From a virus (taxonomy: Duplodnaviria > Caudoviricetes), in IMG/VR virus record IMGVR_UViG_3300025867_000014, positions 13,639 to 77,638 of that record: 64,000 nucleotides of DNA, one strand, 5' to 3'. Shown here in pieces: positions 40,625-50,487 of this stretch; position 1 is the first letter of the stretch, and the number at the start of each line of letters is the position of its first letter. The notes under the pieces were generated by a model. That model was given only the letters and a program-made list of their open reading frames with translations, had not been told where the DNA came from and searched no databases. The position numbers and the translations under genes are program-made.

Positions 40625-41572
40625 ATGGTAGACGAACACGAAGTTATTTACGATTATGCATCGATTGTGCGTATTCTAAATGAAATTTTAGGGAAACCTA
40701 GAAATCATAATGAATACAGCGGTCAGGTTTCATATGATTGCCCCGTTTGTTCTTACGAAATCAAAGGGTTAGACCATCCTGACGGGAAAGGAAACCTTGA
40801 AATTAACTATAAATTAGAAGTTTTTAAGTGTTGGGCTTGTGGCGAATCACACGGTACACGAGGAGGATTGCGTTATTTCATAAAGAAACACGGAACAAAG
40901 AAACACCTTAAAAAATATGACCTTTTACGGCCTGAAGACTCGTCAATTACCAAGAAAAGGTATAACCCTGTCAGATTACCAAAAGAATTTATCTTATTTT
41001 ACACCGCTAGCCCGGGGTTAAAAATGACCCATTATTATAAGCGAGCAATGTCATATCTGAAAAGTAGGAATGTTACCGATGAACTAATCAAGAAATATAA
41101 TATGGGGTTCTGTTATTCTGGCGAATACGCGGATAGAATTATTATACCATCTTATGACGAAGAATTTAATTTAAATTATTTTATCGCAAGATCATACGAT
41201 ACAAGAACAAAACTAAAATATAAAAATCCGGAAGCGGAGAAAGAAGCCATTATATGGAATGAACATTTAATTGATTGGGACGACACGATATATCTGGTTG
41301 AAGGCCCATTTGATTCTATTTTTGTTCCAAATTCAATTCCAATGTTAGGAAAGGTATTAAGTGAGAAATTATTTTCACAAATATACGAGAAAGCAAAGAA
41401 AATTGTTATAATTTTGGACGGCGATGCTTGGGATGACGCTGAGAAACTATACCACAAACTTAATGGTGGTAGACTATTCGGAAAGATTTGGATAGTCAAA
41501 TTACCCGTAGATAAAGATATCGCGGATTTACAAGGAAACTTGGATAATTTTGAAATAAAACAACTTGACTAA
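40625..41572 (+). CDS. DNA primase (zinc-binding domain plus TOPRIM)
   Basis: CPVC...FKCWAC zinc finger; YLKSRNVT, RIIIPSYD, IYLVEGPFDSI, ILDGDA. Confidence 0.85.
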   Translation: MVDEHEVIYDYASIVRILNEILGKPRNHNEYSGQVSYDCPVCSYEIKGLDHPDGKGNLEINYKLEVFKCWACGESHGTRGGLRYFIKKHGTKKHLKKYDLLRPEDSSITKKRYNPVRLPKEFILFYTASPGLKMTHYYKRAMSYLKSRNVTDELIKKYNMGFCYSGEYADRIIIPSYDEEFNLNYFIARSYDTRTKLKYKNPEAEKEAIIWNEHLIDWDDTIYLVEGPFDSIFVPNSIPMLGKVLSEKLFSQIYEKAKKIVIILDGDAWDDAEKLYHKLNGGRLFGKIWIVKLPVDKDIADLQGNLDNFEIKQLD

Positions 41573-42429
41573 TGGATTTAAAACAAATTGCAAAAGAAAT
41601 AAATGAAGCTCTTGAGAATCGAAGAAAGGAACTGGCGTTAACATTCGTAGAATCGAAGCATACATACTTTATGAGGGATGAGACTGGAAAAATAAGAGCA
41701 AATTTTCCATCTGTTTCCAAATTAGTAAAAAATTTCCACCCATATTTTGATGCCGATAAGAAGGCATTGGAAATGTGTAATGGTGATGTTAATAAAGCAA
41801 AGAAATTATTGGCAGAATGGAAACTATCAGGTGAAATTTCAACAAATCTTGGTAGTCGCTCCCACTTTCTGTTGGAACAGGATTTAGTGGGTAGATATGA
41901 CAATTATAAAGAAGTCAGACAACCTATTTTCAAATGTGATGCCGACCAAATAAGAAAAAGTGACCAAATGGTAATTGCTGGAAAGCAATATTTGGATTTG
42001 ATGCACGAAAGGGGCGCGGTTTTAATTGATACAGAAGCCATTTTAGGGGATCCTGAATTGGGATATACAGGACAACCCGATAAGACTTGGTTAATGGAAA
42101 ATAGAACCAAAACTGGGTTAGGTATCGTAATTACAGACTGGAAAACTAATCAACCTAAAAACTTTGAATCACAATATTATACGAAGAAACTATTCCCGCC
42201 ATTCGAAAAACACGATGATACGGCACTTGGACATTATTTTATTCAAATCCCATTATATGGGAGACTAATCATCAAAATGTTACAGGGTACAAAATTTTCG
42301 GATGTAAAAATGTTGGGCGGGGTTATTGTTTTATTGAAAGAAGATGCTACCTTTGTGGAATATAAAGTTCCTTCGGACATAACTAACACAATTTTAACAA
42401 TGGATTTAACCAAATATACAAAAAAATGA
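41572..42429 (+). CDS. PD-(D/E)XK exonuclease (Cas4/AddB-like fold, no Fe-S cysteines evident)
   Basis: FPSVSKL, LGSRSH, GQPDK, ITDWKT, HYFIQIPLY motifs. Confidence 0.75.
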   Translation: MDLKQIAKEINEALENRRKELALTFVESKHTYFMRDETGKIRANFPSVSKLVKNFHPYFDADKKALEMCNGDVNKAKKLLAEWKLSGEISTNLGSRSHFLLEQDLVGRYDNYKEVRQPIFKCDADQIRKSDQMVIAGKQYLDLMHERGAVLIDTEAILGDPELGYTGQPDKTWLMENRTKTGLGIVITDWKTNQPKNFESQYYTKKLFPPFEKHDDTALGHYFIQIPLYGRLIIKMLQGTKFSDVKMLGGVIVLLKEDATFVEYKVPSDITNTILTMDLTKYTKK

Positions 42430-43226
42430 TTAAAAAAATAATACACATTTCTGATATTCACATCAGGACATTACAATTGCACGATTTATATCGGGTTCAG
42501 TTACAGAAATTTATAGATGATGTAAAGGAAAAAACCGATGAATACGACCACGATGAAATAAGGATTGTTATAACGGGCGATATATTCGACCAGAAAATTA
42601 ACATTTCCAACGAGCAGACTATTTTAACATCTTGGTTCTTCAGGGAATTGGCGGATATTGGAATAGTAATTATTATTCCCGGTAATCACGATTTTCTTGA
42701 AAACAATCAGGAAAGGGTTGATAGTATAACGCCAATTGTGGATTTATTAAGAAATGATGATATCAGGTATTATAAAAATTCGGGGGTGTATGAAGACGGA
42801 AATGTAAATTGGGTAGTCTACTCATTATATCAAAGCAATCAAAGACCCGAGTTTAAAAGAGGGAATGGTTTGTATGTTGGGTTATTCCACGGGCAGGTAC
42901 AGGGAATGGCAACCGATTTGGGATATAAGTTCGAGGATGGATATGATAAGTTGAATTTTTTGGATTTAGATTTGTTACTTTGTGGTGATATTCACAAAAG
43001 ACAGGCGTTTGAATTACCAAATAAAAAGAAGGGGTATATGATTGGCTCATATATCCAACAGGAATACGGGGAAACAATAAATCATCACGGATATGGAATA
43101 TATGATGTTGATGATGACGAATATATGTTTGTTGACATTAAAAGTGAACAACCGTTTATGCATTTCGAAATTAACGACATAAAAGACATTGAAAATGAAG
43201 CAGAAACCCTCGTTAATCTTGGATGA
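42426..43226 (+). CDS. sbcD: SbcD/Mre11 (gp47-like) metallophosphoesterase nuclease
   Basis: HISDIH, ITGDIFD, PGNHD, LFHG, GDIH motifs. Confidence 0.85.
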   Translation: MIKKIIHISDIHIRTLQLHDLYRVQLQKFIDDVKEKTDEYDHDEIRIVITGDIFDQKINISNEQTILTSWFFRELADIGIVIIIPGNHDFLENNQERVDSITPIVDLLRNDDIRYYKNSGVYEDGNVNWVVYSLYQSNQRPEFKRGNGLYVGLFHGQVQGMATDLGYKFEDGYDKLNFLDLDLLLCGDIHKRQAFELPNKKKGYMIGSYIQQEYGETINHHGYGIYDVDDDEYMFVDIKSEQPFMHFEINDIKDIENEAETLVNLG

Positions 43227-43524
43227 TGACTTTCTTCAATATTGCCGATTAAATAATGTTGAAGATATAGAAAAACTGGCAAAAGAAACATTTAAGAAAG
43301 GGTTTGATATCCTAAAATACGGAATTGTACCCGCGAAAGTTACTATGGTTGCAAATGAAATATTACCAGTTATACCCACAAGTCCGCCAAATGGGCTTGA
43401 AACGCTCGGGTATAAACCCCAAAAAGAAGATGTTACGGATACGCAGACGGAGAATAAGGTAGTTACACCAACTAAGTCCAAAAGTGTTCAGGAAACAAAA
43501 AAAAGGGACTTATATGATGAATAA
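43189..43524 (+). CDS. Hypothetical protein (111 aa)
   Basis: ORF overlapping the sbcD 3' end. Confidence 0.65.
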   Translation: MKMKQKPSLILDDDFLQYCRLNNVEDIEKLAKETFKKGFDILKYGIVPAKVTMVANEILPVIPTSPPNGLETLGYKPQKEDVTDTQTENKVVTPTKSKSVQETKKRDLYDE

Positions 43525-43594
43525 TTGAAATAAGTGACTTTTTATTTTTTTTGTCAATAAAAATGCGTACCTTTACCACAAAAATCAATATAAT

Positions 43595-43945
43595 ATGATG
43601 GAAACAATTTTCTTATGGGCTTTTATTGGATATGGAATAACATCCATAATTGTATGGGGAGCCATTTTTGAAAAACCGCGAAATTGGATTATTAATCACT
43701 CGAACTTTTTTGGAGAACTGATAACCTGTGTTCTGTGTACCGGAACATGGGTTGGGTTTTTTATGTCAATTTGTTTGGGTGGGTTAGCCAACAAATTTTT
43801 TCCGATTGGATGGTTGCCTTCCATATTTTTCGATGGTGTATTCACCGCTGGAATAGTATGGGCAATAAACTCTGTACTCGAGTTCTTCGAGGAGAGTAGA
43901 ATTAATATGAATATTAATGGGACACCGAAAAACGAAAAACATTGA
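43595..43945 (+). CDS. Small membrane protein (DUF1360-like)
   Basis: Three hydrophobic segments; LITCVLCTGTWVG (C..C...W) motif. Confidence 0.6.
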   Translation: MMETIFLWAFIGYGITSIIVWGAIFEKPRNWIINHSNFFGELITCVLCTGTWVGFFMSICLGGLANKFFPIGWLPSIFFDGVFTAGIVWAINSVLEFFEESRINMNINGTPKNEKH

Positions 43946-44432
43946 TTATGACGATAAACCATCAAGGACATTTATAAAAAACATTTTCGAACACAAGTTC
44001 GGAATAAAATTGAAGGACGGAAAGCACAAGAAAATCGATTTAGTTGGAATTGAAGACGATTTACTTGGTGTTGAAGTGGAACACGGGCATTGGGAAGGCG
44101 ATTTATGGACAAATGACCAATATTCGTGGCTCGCGAAACTAGATTTTAGAACTGTTAACATACCAATAAGAAAGGCACCCTATTGGGAAGATTATGTTGA
44201 CGGTAAACCAAATTTAAGTGCCAAGTATAACATATTTGTTAGGACAAATATGGACTTTACGCAGTTTATAATCATCAGACCTGAAACGATTAGAGACCCG
44301 AAAAAAGTTCATAAGACACGATTCCTAGCAAATAATAACGATGTTGAAGAGGATTGGTTAAGTTTCAAAAAAATAGATGTGGAAACATATAATTTACAAC
44401 CAAACGGAGAATTTATACTAGAAAACATATAA
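43917..44432 (+). CDS. Putative PD-(D/E)XK nuclease-fold protein
   Basis: KIDLVG...LGVEVEHG.W pattern; RTVNIPIRK. Confidence 0.45.
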   Translation: MGHRKTKNIDYDDKPSRTFIKNIFEHKFGIKLKDGKHKKIDLVGIEDDLLGVEVEHGHWEGDLWTNDQYSWLAKLDFRTVNIPIRKAPYWEDYVDGKPNLSAKYNIFVRTNMDFTQFIIIRPETIRDPKKVHKTRFLANNNDVEEDWLSFKKIDVETYNLQPNGEFILENI

Positions 44433-44433
44433 T

Positions 44434-46770
44434 ATGACAGGGCCATTTATAAAAGTTGAGTGGAAAGATACGCCAGAAAATATAACCCAAGAAAGGATAA
44501 AAAGGGTTAAAACATATTTTCAGAACAAGTATAACACTAAAAATGTAAAAATAAAAACAGTATACATTTCCAATGATTCAACTACCAAATTGAAATCATT
44601 GGAAGCGAGTGATAGTATATTAGACCACCAGTATCAGAAAAAACTGGTTAAAGAATTTATGGATGAAAACGGGATAACCGTTAAATGGGACTTAATTAAC
44701 AGGCTTGATGATAAGGTAAATGCCGAGATAAATAAAGCGGCCCAAAATGCCATCAGGTATAATAAATGGTATATCAAAAGGATTGAATTTTCAAATTTTT
44801 TATCATTTGGGGAAGATAATTTCATCGATTTCACAAAATTGGATGGAATAACTGTTGTTGAATCTAATCCAAAGAACTTTGGCGGTAAAACCATTGCCAC
44901 CATTGATTTATTGATGTTCTTATTTTTCAATACAACGACCAAATCAAAGGTCAATGCTGATATTTTTAACCAATTTACCGATGTTAACGAAGTAAAGGTA
45001 AAAGGTTATGTAAACATTGATGGGGATGATTACATAATATCGAGATTAATTACCAGAAAAAAATCAAAATCAGGTGATTATACGGTTAAAAATGACTTGG
45101 AGTTCTATAAGAGGGATGAAAGTGGTGAAATGATAAATTTGTCGGGTGAACAAAGAAGAGAGACAGAAACAATTATCACATCTGCGATTGGCACGCAGGA
45201 AGACTTTTTATCAACAATTTTAACCACAGGAAATAACCTTGAAGAATTAATCGAGTCGAAACCAACGGCTCGTGGTCAAATCTTAACCCGGTTTTTGGGG
45301 TTGGAAGCCCTTAAACAAAAGGAAGAGATTTGTAAAACAATGTACAGTGAATGGTCTAAAAAATTGATTTCGAATACATACAATGTGGCACAGCTCGAAA
45401 TTGATAACGAGACCTATCAAGGTAGTATTAATACATCGAATGAAGAGATTGGCAAGCTTGAAATTCAATTAACAACCCTTGATAAACAATTAAAAACACT
45501 TGAAGGTAAACGAGATAAGTTACTTTCGTCTATGAATAACGATATAGATGAAGAACTTATTAAAACAAATCCTGATGTAGTGAAAAAAGATGTGATAACT
45601 TTAACGGCAAAAAGAGACGAAATCAAAGTATCCCGGGATGCGGTTGAAGTTAAAGAACCATCTGAATATTATTTGGAGGAAGACCACGAAAAACTAAAGA
45701 AACAAATTGCTGATTTACAATTAGAAAAGGGGTTAAATACAGATGCCATTCTAAGAAATAAAAGATTAATCGAGCAGTTTGAAAAAGGAACGATTTGCCC
45801 GACTTGTAAAAGACCGTTGGATGAAGCGGATCATACCGAAGAAATCAATAACATTAAGTCGGAAAATGAAAAACTTGAAAAAACAAGTAAGTCAGTTGAT
45901 GAAAAACTTGAAAAATTAAATGGGGACGAAAAAAAGTTTGCAATCCTGAAGAAAGAATATGACGAATACGAGAAAAACAAACTTCGTAAGTCAAAATTCG
46001 AACTTGAATACGAACAGAAGGATTTGGAGATAAATGCAAAGAACCATTTGCTCGAAAGGTATGAAAGTTGTAAGAAAAAACTGGAAGAAAACAAGAAAAT
46101 CGAAGCCGAAGCAATTACTTTAAAGGTTCAAATCGAAAGTACCAATGGTGACATAAAACTTACCAACACGGCAATCGACAAACATAAGAATAACATCACA
46201 AATATGACCGAGAAAATCGGGATTAACAAGGAATTAATCAAGAAAATCAAGGCGGAAGAGGAATATGTGGTGATATTCAAAACCTATCTTACAATATATG
46301 GTAAGAATGGTATATCAAAGGTCATTATGAAGAATATGATACCTTTATTGAATCAGGAACTACAAAGAATTTTAGCGGATAGTTGTTACTTTTCGCTTGA
46401 ATTCAGTATAAATGATAAGAACGAACTTGAATTCTTGATGATTGATAATGAAACAAGGGTGGTTAAATCCGTATCAAGTGGTTCTGGCTACGAGAAAACA
46501 ATATCGTCATTGGCTCTTCGAAGCATTTTAACCAAAGTATCGTCATTACCAAAACCGAATATCGTTGTTATGGATGAAGTATTCGGTAAGATTGCCGATG
46601 ATAACCTACCATTGGTCGGGGAATTCTTCAAGAAGATAAAGAATTATTTCGAACACATATTTGTAATATCACATAATCCTTTAATTAGGAACTGGTCGGA
46701 CAATATAATAATGATAAAAAAGGAAGACAATGTTTCGTCTATCGATTATACGAACACAAAAATGTCTTAA
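44434..46770 (+). CDS. sbcC: SbcC/Rad50 (gp46-like) SMC ATPase
   Basis: IEFSNFLSFG, NFGGKT Walker A, CPTC zinc hook within coiled coil, SGSGYEK signature, MDEVFG, FVISH. Confidence 0.9.
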   Translation: MTGPFIKVEWKDTPENITQERIKRVKTYFQNKYNTKNVKIKTVYISNDSTTKLKSLEASDSILDHQYQKKLVKEFMDENGITVKWDLINRLDDKVNAEINKAAQNAIRYNKWYIKRIEFSNFLSFGEDNFIDFTKLDGITVVESNPKNFGGKTIATIDLLMFLFFNTTTKSKVNADIFNQFTDVNEVKVKGYVNIDGDDYIISRLITRKKSKSGDYTVKNDLEFYKRDESGEMINLSGEQRRETETIITSAIGTQEDFLSTILTTGNNLEELIESKPTARGQILTRFLGLEALKQKEEICKTMYSEWSKKLISNTYNVAQLEIDNETYQGSINTSNEEIGKLEIQLTTLDKQLKTLEGKRDKLLSSMNNDIDEELIKTNPDVVKKDVITLTAKRDEIKVSRDAVEVKEPSEYYLEEDHEKLKKQIADLQLEKGLNTDAILRNKRLIEQFEKGTICPTCKRPLDEADHTEEINNIKSENEKLEKTSKSVDEKLEKLNGDEKKFAILKKEYDEYEKNKLRKSKFELEYEQKDLEINAKNHLLERYESCKKKLEENKKIEAEAITLKVQIESTNGDIKLTNTAIDKHKNNITNMTEKIGINKELIKKIKAEEEYVVIFKTYLTIYGKNGISKVIMKNMIPLLNQELQRILADSCYFSLEFSINDKNELEFLMIDNETRVVKSVSSGSGYEKTISSLALRSILTKVSSLPKPNIVVMDEVFGKIADDNLPLVGEFFKKIKNYFEHIFVISHNPLIRNWSDNIIMIKKEDNVSSIDYTNTKMS

Positions 46771-46804
46771 ACAAATAATCTATATATTTATATAAACTAA
46801 AAAA

Positions 46805-47560
46805 ATGGCAACAATAAATTTTAGCTGGAAAAAGTTGATACCTTATGTGGTAATACTTTTATTATGTATAGTCATAGCGATTTTATACAACAGGCAAGAA
46901 AATTTTAAAGATAAGTTCCAAGCAGAGGAAAAGTTAAAAATCGCACTGTTGGATACTATTAGAACCTACAAAAATAGTAGGAATGAATTGGTTAGTGAAA
47001 AGTTAACCCTACAGGCGAGTGTTAAGGAATTGACCAAAATGAATGACTATTTAACTGCATCCCAAAGGGAGTTAATGTCAAGGGTAAAAGAAATCGAGAA
47101 GTCGAATAAGATTATTGCGGCGGCTCTAATCCAGACCAATGTAAAGATTGATTCGCTTCGTAAGGGGACAATTACCGTGGATACAACTGCAGGTAAAATC
47201 AATGTAAGTGATAGTCTGCCCGAGATTCAGTATAGTTTTGATTTCTATAAAGTTAAACCTAAATTTACGAATCAAGAGCCGATATTCAAAATAAATTACT
47301 TATATTTGCCGAATACACAATTTGTAGAATTCCACTGGAAAGATAACAGGAAGGAAGGCTATCCTGTTGCTTTTAGTGTTTCAAATAGTAACAAGTATTT
47401 TAAAACCGCGAATATAGATAGTTATGTAATACCGGAGATTCAAAAAGATAAAATCAAACCCAATTTCTGGCAAAAAACTTGGAAGGGGATTAAAACCGCT
47501 GGCCCATATATAATAGGAGGGGCCGTTGGCGCGGGTACGGTATTCCTATTAATGCAGTAA
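46805..47560 (+). CDS. Membrane-anchored coiled-coil protein (spanin-like candidate)
   Basis: N-terminal TM helix, long coiled coil, beta region and hydrophobic Gly-rich C-terminus. Confidence 0.45.
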   Translation: MATINFSWKKLIPYVVILLLCIVIAILYNRQENFKDKFQAEEKLKIALLDTIRTYKNSRNELVSEKLTLQASVKELTKMNDYLTASQRELMSRVKEIEKSNKIIAAALIQTNVKIDSLRKGTITVDTTAGKINVSDSLPEIQYSFDFYKVKPKFTNQEPIFKINYLYLPNTQFVEFHWKDNRKEGYPVAFSVSNSNKYFKTANIDSYVIPEIQKDKIKPNFWQKTWKGIKTAGPYIIGGAVGAGTVFLLMQ

Positions 47561-47590
47561 AACAACGAAATATAAACGAAAACTAAACAT

Positions 47591-48394
47591 ATGAAAAATC
47601 ACATCATTATTAATTCTGAAGAACTTCAGTATTATCTAAAGGATTTGAGAAAGATTCCTGTAATAACACACGAAAGACAGGATGAAATCTTCGCCTTACT
47701 TAAAGATGCAACAACATCTGAAGCCCATAAGAAGAAGTTGAAAACAGAACTTGTTCTTGGGAATTTAAGGTTTGTTATTACAATCGCAAAAGTTTATCAG
47801 AATCAGGGGTTAGACCTAATGGATTTAATATCCGAAGGAAACATAGGTCTACTAAAGGCAATGGAAAGGTTTGACCACACATCAGGTGTGAAATTCATAT
47901 CATACGCTGTATGGTGGGTTAAACAATCAATTATGGCGGGGTTGAATGAATACGCAAGAACAATTCGTATTCCAAGTAATCTAGTTCAGGAAGCGCAAAA
48001 GCAAAAAAAGGATGATAACTGCGTGGACAAGCATCTGAATTTTGACCCAAACGAATCCGGGGAAAGTCTTCCATTTTGTATCAGTTTATCCGATGATGTT
48101 AATGATGAGGGAGACCAATTGATTGACATTATTAGGGATCCTAACGAAACCAGTCCAGAAATTCTTCTTAATTCAAAAGAGGAAATCAAAAAAAGAGTTG
48201 ATAAAGTTTTAAGTATTTTGGATGAACGCGAAAAAATTATCATCGAGAAATATTTTGGATTGAATGGTGTTGAAAGTAACTTGGATGACCTTGGCGAAGA
48301 GTTCGATTGTACAAAGGAACGAATCAGGCAACTAAAGGATAAGGCCATTAAAAAGTTAAGGAATGAAAGTTATTTCCTCCTAAACTATTTATAA
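47591..48394 (+). CDS. RNA polymerase sigma-70 family factor (RpoD/RpoS-like)
   Basis: LVLGNLRFVITIAKVY, DLISEGNIGLLKAMERFD..GVKFISYAVWWVKQSI, region 4 TKERIRQLKDKAIKKLR. Confidence 0.95.
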   Translation: MKNHIIINSEELQYYLKDLRKIPVITHERQDEIFALLKDATTSEAHKKKLKTELVLGNLRFVITIAKVYQNQGLDLMDLISEGNIGLLKAMERFDHTSGVKFISYAVWWVKQSIMAGLNEYARTIRIPSNLVQEAQKQKKDDNCVDKHLNFDPNESGESLPFCISLSDDVNDEGDQLIDIIRDPNETSPEILLNSKEEIKKRVDKVLSILDEREKIIIEKYFGLNGVESNLDDLGEEFDCTKERIRQLKDKAIKKLRNESYFLLNYL

Positions 48395-48421
48395 ATTACG
48401 AAAAAAACCGTATAATATAGT

Positions 48422-48706
48422 ATGAAAAAATTTATAACAGAAAATTTCACAATAATTGTTTTTGTCTTGTTATTATTAGCTGGATTTAAAAGTTGTAATG
48501 ACAATAGAAAAATCACTAAAATGTCTAACGAAATTAAAACTTTAGAAACATATATGCGTGATAGTTTAGTTAATAAAACGGATTTAATCATCAATGGATT
48601 AGAAACGGAAAAACGGATGATTCAAGCGACTGATAGAAAAATTTTGGATGTAAATAGACAAAATGAAATTGAAAATGAAATAAAGAGATTAAAAGGTAAT
48701 AAGTAA
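48422..48706 (+). CDS. Small TM/lipoprotein-like coiled-coil protein (possible spanin subunit)
   Basis: Hydrophobic N-terminus ending LAGFKSC (lipobox-like Cys), followed by coiled coil. Confidence 0.5.
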   Translation: MKKFITENFTIIVFVLLLLAGFKSCNDNRKITKMSNEIKTLETYMRDSLVNKTDLIINGLETEKRMIQATDRKILDVNRQNEIENEIKRLKGNK

Positions 48707-49728
48707 TGAACTGGATTAGAAAACACTTTAAACAAATAATTTATATATCATTTTTGTTTCCTATCTTATTGGTGGCATTTGTGTCTATTTCACATGTCAC
48801 CGCCTGGTATGGAATTGCAAATCCGTTGAGTTGGGCAATTTATTTGTCCGTAGCCGTTGAAGTGGCCGCCTTGTCATCCTTGGCGGCCATTGTCGCTAAG
48901 ATGGGTAAAAAAGTGTTTTTCCCATTCGGGATTGTTACATTAATTCAATTCATAGGAAACATTTTCTTTTCCTATCAATATATTGATATCAATAGTCAAA
49001 TGTTTAAAGACTGGGTTGATTTAGTGAGCCCATTAGTAACATTTATGGGTATTGAGCCAACAGATATGATTGGCCATAAAAGATTATTATCATTTTTAAC
49101 AGGTGGTATGTTACCAATTATATCATTAACATTTTTAGGGTTATTAGTTAGATTCGAAGAAGAAGACTGGGATAAAAAAGATGATGTTCCAACACCAAAA
49201 GACGAACCAAATCCTGAACAAGTGATAGACGCTAAAGATTTAATGAGTGAGGTCACAAGAATTCATCCTTCAGAAGATGAATTAAGTAAGCTGGAAGAAG
49301 TATTAAAGAATAAAACATATCGTCCACCATCAATTGCTAATGAACCTGGTGAAATACCAGAAAACTCAAAAGAGCCAGATGAAATACCAGAAAATCCAAA
49401 AGAGATAGAAATAATCGAAGATAAAGACGCGGTTCAAAAAGAATGGGTGCCTGCATTGGGTGATGAAGAAATTAGAGAAATGGTTTTGGATGAATATGAT
49501 CGTAAATACGATATGAAAGATGATGATTATGATTTATTGGTAAATACCGAATCAGTTGCAGAAGAACCGGTAGCTGAGGAAACATCGCCAGAACCAATTC
49601 CATTACCCGTTACGCCAACGCCAGAACCAATTGAAGAAAATAAGATTACACCACAAGATGATATTCCTTTTATTCCTGAAGTTACCGATTATATTCCACC
49701 TCAGCAAGACGAGGTAAAAAAAAAATAG
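48706..49728 (+). CDS. Multi-pass membrane protein with acidic cytoplasmic tail (holin-like candidate)
   Basis: Four hydrophobic helices in aa 10-150, then an acidic Pro-rich tail; ends at A10 followed by TAG. Confidence 0.6.
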   Translation: MNWIRKHFKQIIYISFLFPILLVAFVSISHVTAWYGIANPLSWAIYLSVAVEVAALSSLAAIVAKMGKKVFFPFGIVTLIQFIGNIFFSYQYIDINSQMFKDWVDLVSPLVTFMGIEPTDMIGHKRLLSFLTGGMLPIISLTFLGLLVRFEEEDWDKKDDVPTPKDEPNPEQVIDAKDLMSEVTRIHPSEDELSKLEEVLKNKTYRPPSIANEPGEIPENSKEPDEIPENPKEIEIIEDKDAVQKEWVPALGDEEIREMVLDEYDRKYDMKDDDYDLLVNTESVAEEPVAEETSPEPIPLPVTPTPEPIEENKITPQDDIPFIPEVTDYIPPQQDEVKKK

Positions 49729-49904
49729 TGAACACACCCGAAACAGAATCGGAAACTATTTCTTCATTGATTACTAATAAAGAACAACAAAATAAGGAAA
49801 AAGTTCCGAAGGTTGGTTTGATAGATTCTGGGAAGAAGATAATAAATCTACCAGTTAAAACATTTATAAGAAATGTTAACAATTCAAGGCGCCAACATTC
49901 TTAA
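49725..49904 (+). CDS. Unannotated 59-aa reading frame (-1 frameshift extension of 48706, or a GTG-started small gene)
   Basis: Open frame IVNTPETESETISSLITNKEQQNKEKVPKVGLIDSGKKIINLPVKTFIRNVNNSRRQHS* fills the gap before the amidase gene. Confidence 0.5.
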   Translation: MVNTPETESETISSLITNKEQQNKEKVPKVGLIDSGKKIINLPVKTFIRNVNNSRRQHS

Positions 49905-50487
49905 TAAGAATGATTTGAACATCGTAAAAAATCGAAGTAAAAAAACTCAGATATTTTTATACGATACACAAAGAAGATTCGATGAATTTATTATGAAGTT
50001 GAAATATCGTCAGAACGGAAAGTATGACGATATTCCGCATTTTATAGTGCTTAAGAATGGTGACATTTACCAAATATTTGATACCAAATTCAGTTCCAAC
50101 ACTTTTAATGAACCAGATATTGATAAAAAAATGATAAAAATTGCCCTTGAAAATTTGGGGTGGTTAAATAAAAATACGATAACTGGAGTATTAAATAATT
50201 GGATAAACGATAAATTTCGTTCCAATCCATATGTTAAAAAATGGAGAGGATATTACTTTTGGGATCCGTATACCGAAGACCAAATGAAATCCCTTGTTAG
50301 TCTATGCAGGGAGCTATGTGAAAAAAATAAAATACCATATCAGTCAGTACCGTCACACGGATATATTGAAAGCGTCGCAAAATTTAAGGGAATAGTATGT
50401 AAATCCAATTTTCTAAATATTTATACAGATATAAACCCATCATTCGACTTTAATATATTTTACGATGACAGATACACCAAGAAATGA
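49873..50487 (+). CDS. N-acetylmuramoyl-L-alanine amidase-like protein (Amidase_2 fold), possibly degenerate
   Basis: IPHFIVLKNGDIYQ, IALENLG, YTEDQMKSLVSLCREL, VPSHG, DINPSFDF; first zinc-ligand His position reads LYDT. Confidence 0.65.
   Translation: MLTIQGANILNKNDLNIVKNRSKKTQIFLYDTQRRFDEFIMKLKYRQNGKYDDIPHFIVLKNGDIYQIFDTKFSSNTFNEPDIDKKMIKIALENLGWLNKNTITGVLNNWINDKFRSNPYVKKWRGYYFWDPYTEDQMKSLVSLCRELCEKNKIPYQSVPSHGYIESVAKFKGIVCKSNFLNIYTDINPSFDFNIFYDDRYTKK

Noticed and set aside
41572-42429. Cas4 / CRISPR system
   Set aside because: Generic PD-(D/E)XK nuclease without Fe-S cysteines; no repeat-spacer array or other cas genes; intergenic gaps are too short for an array.
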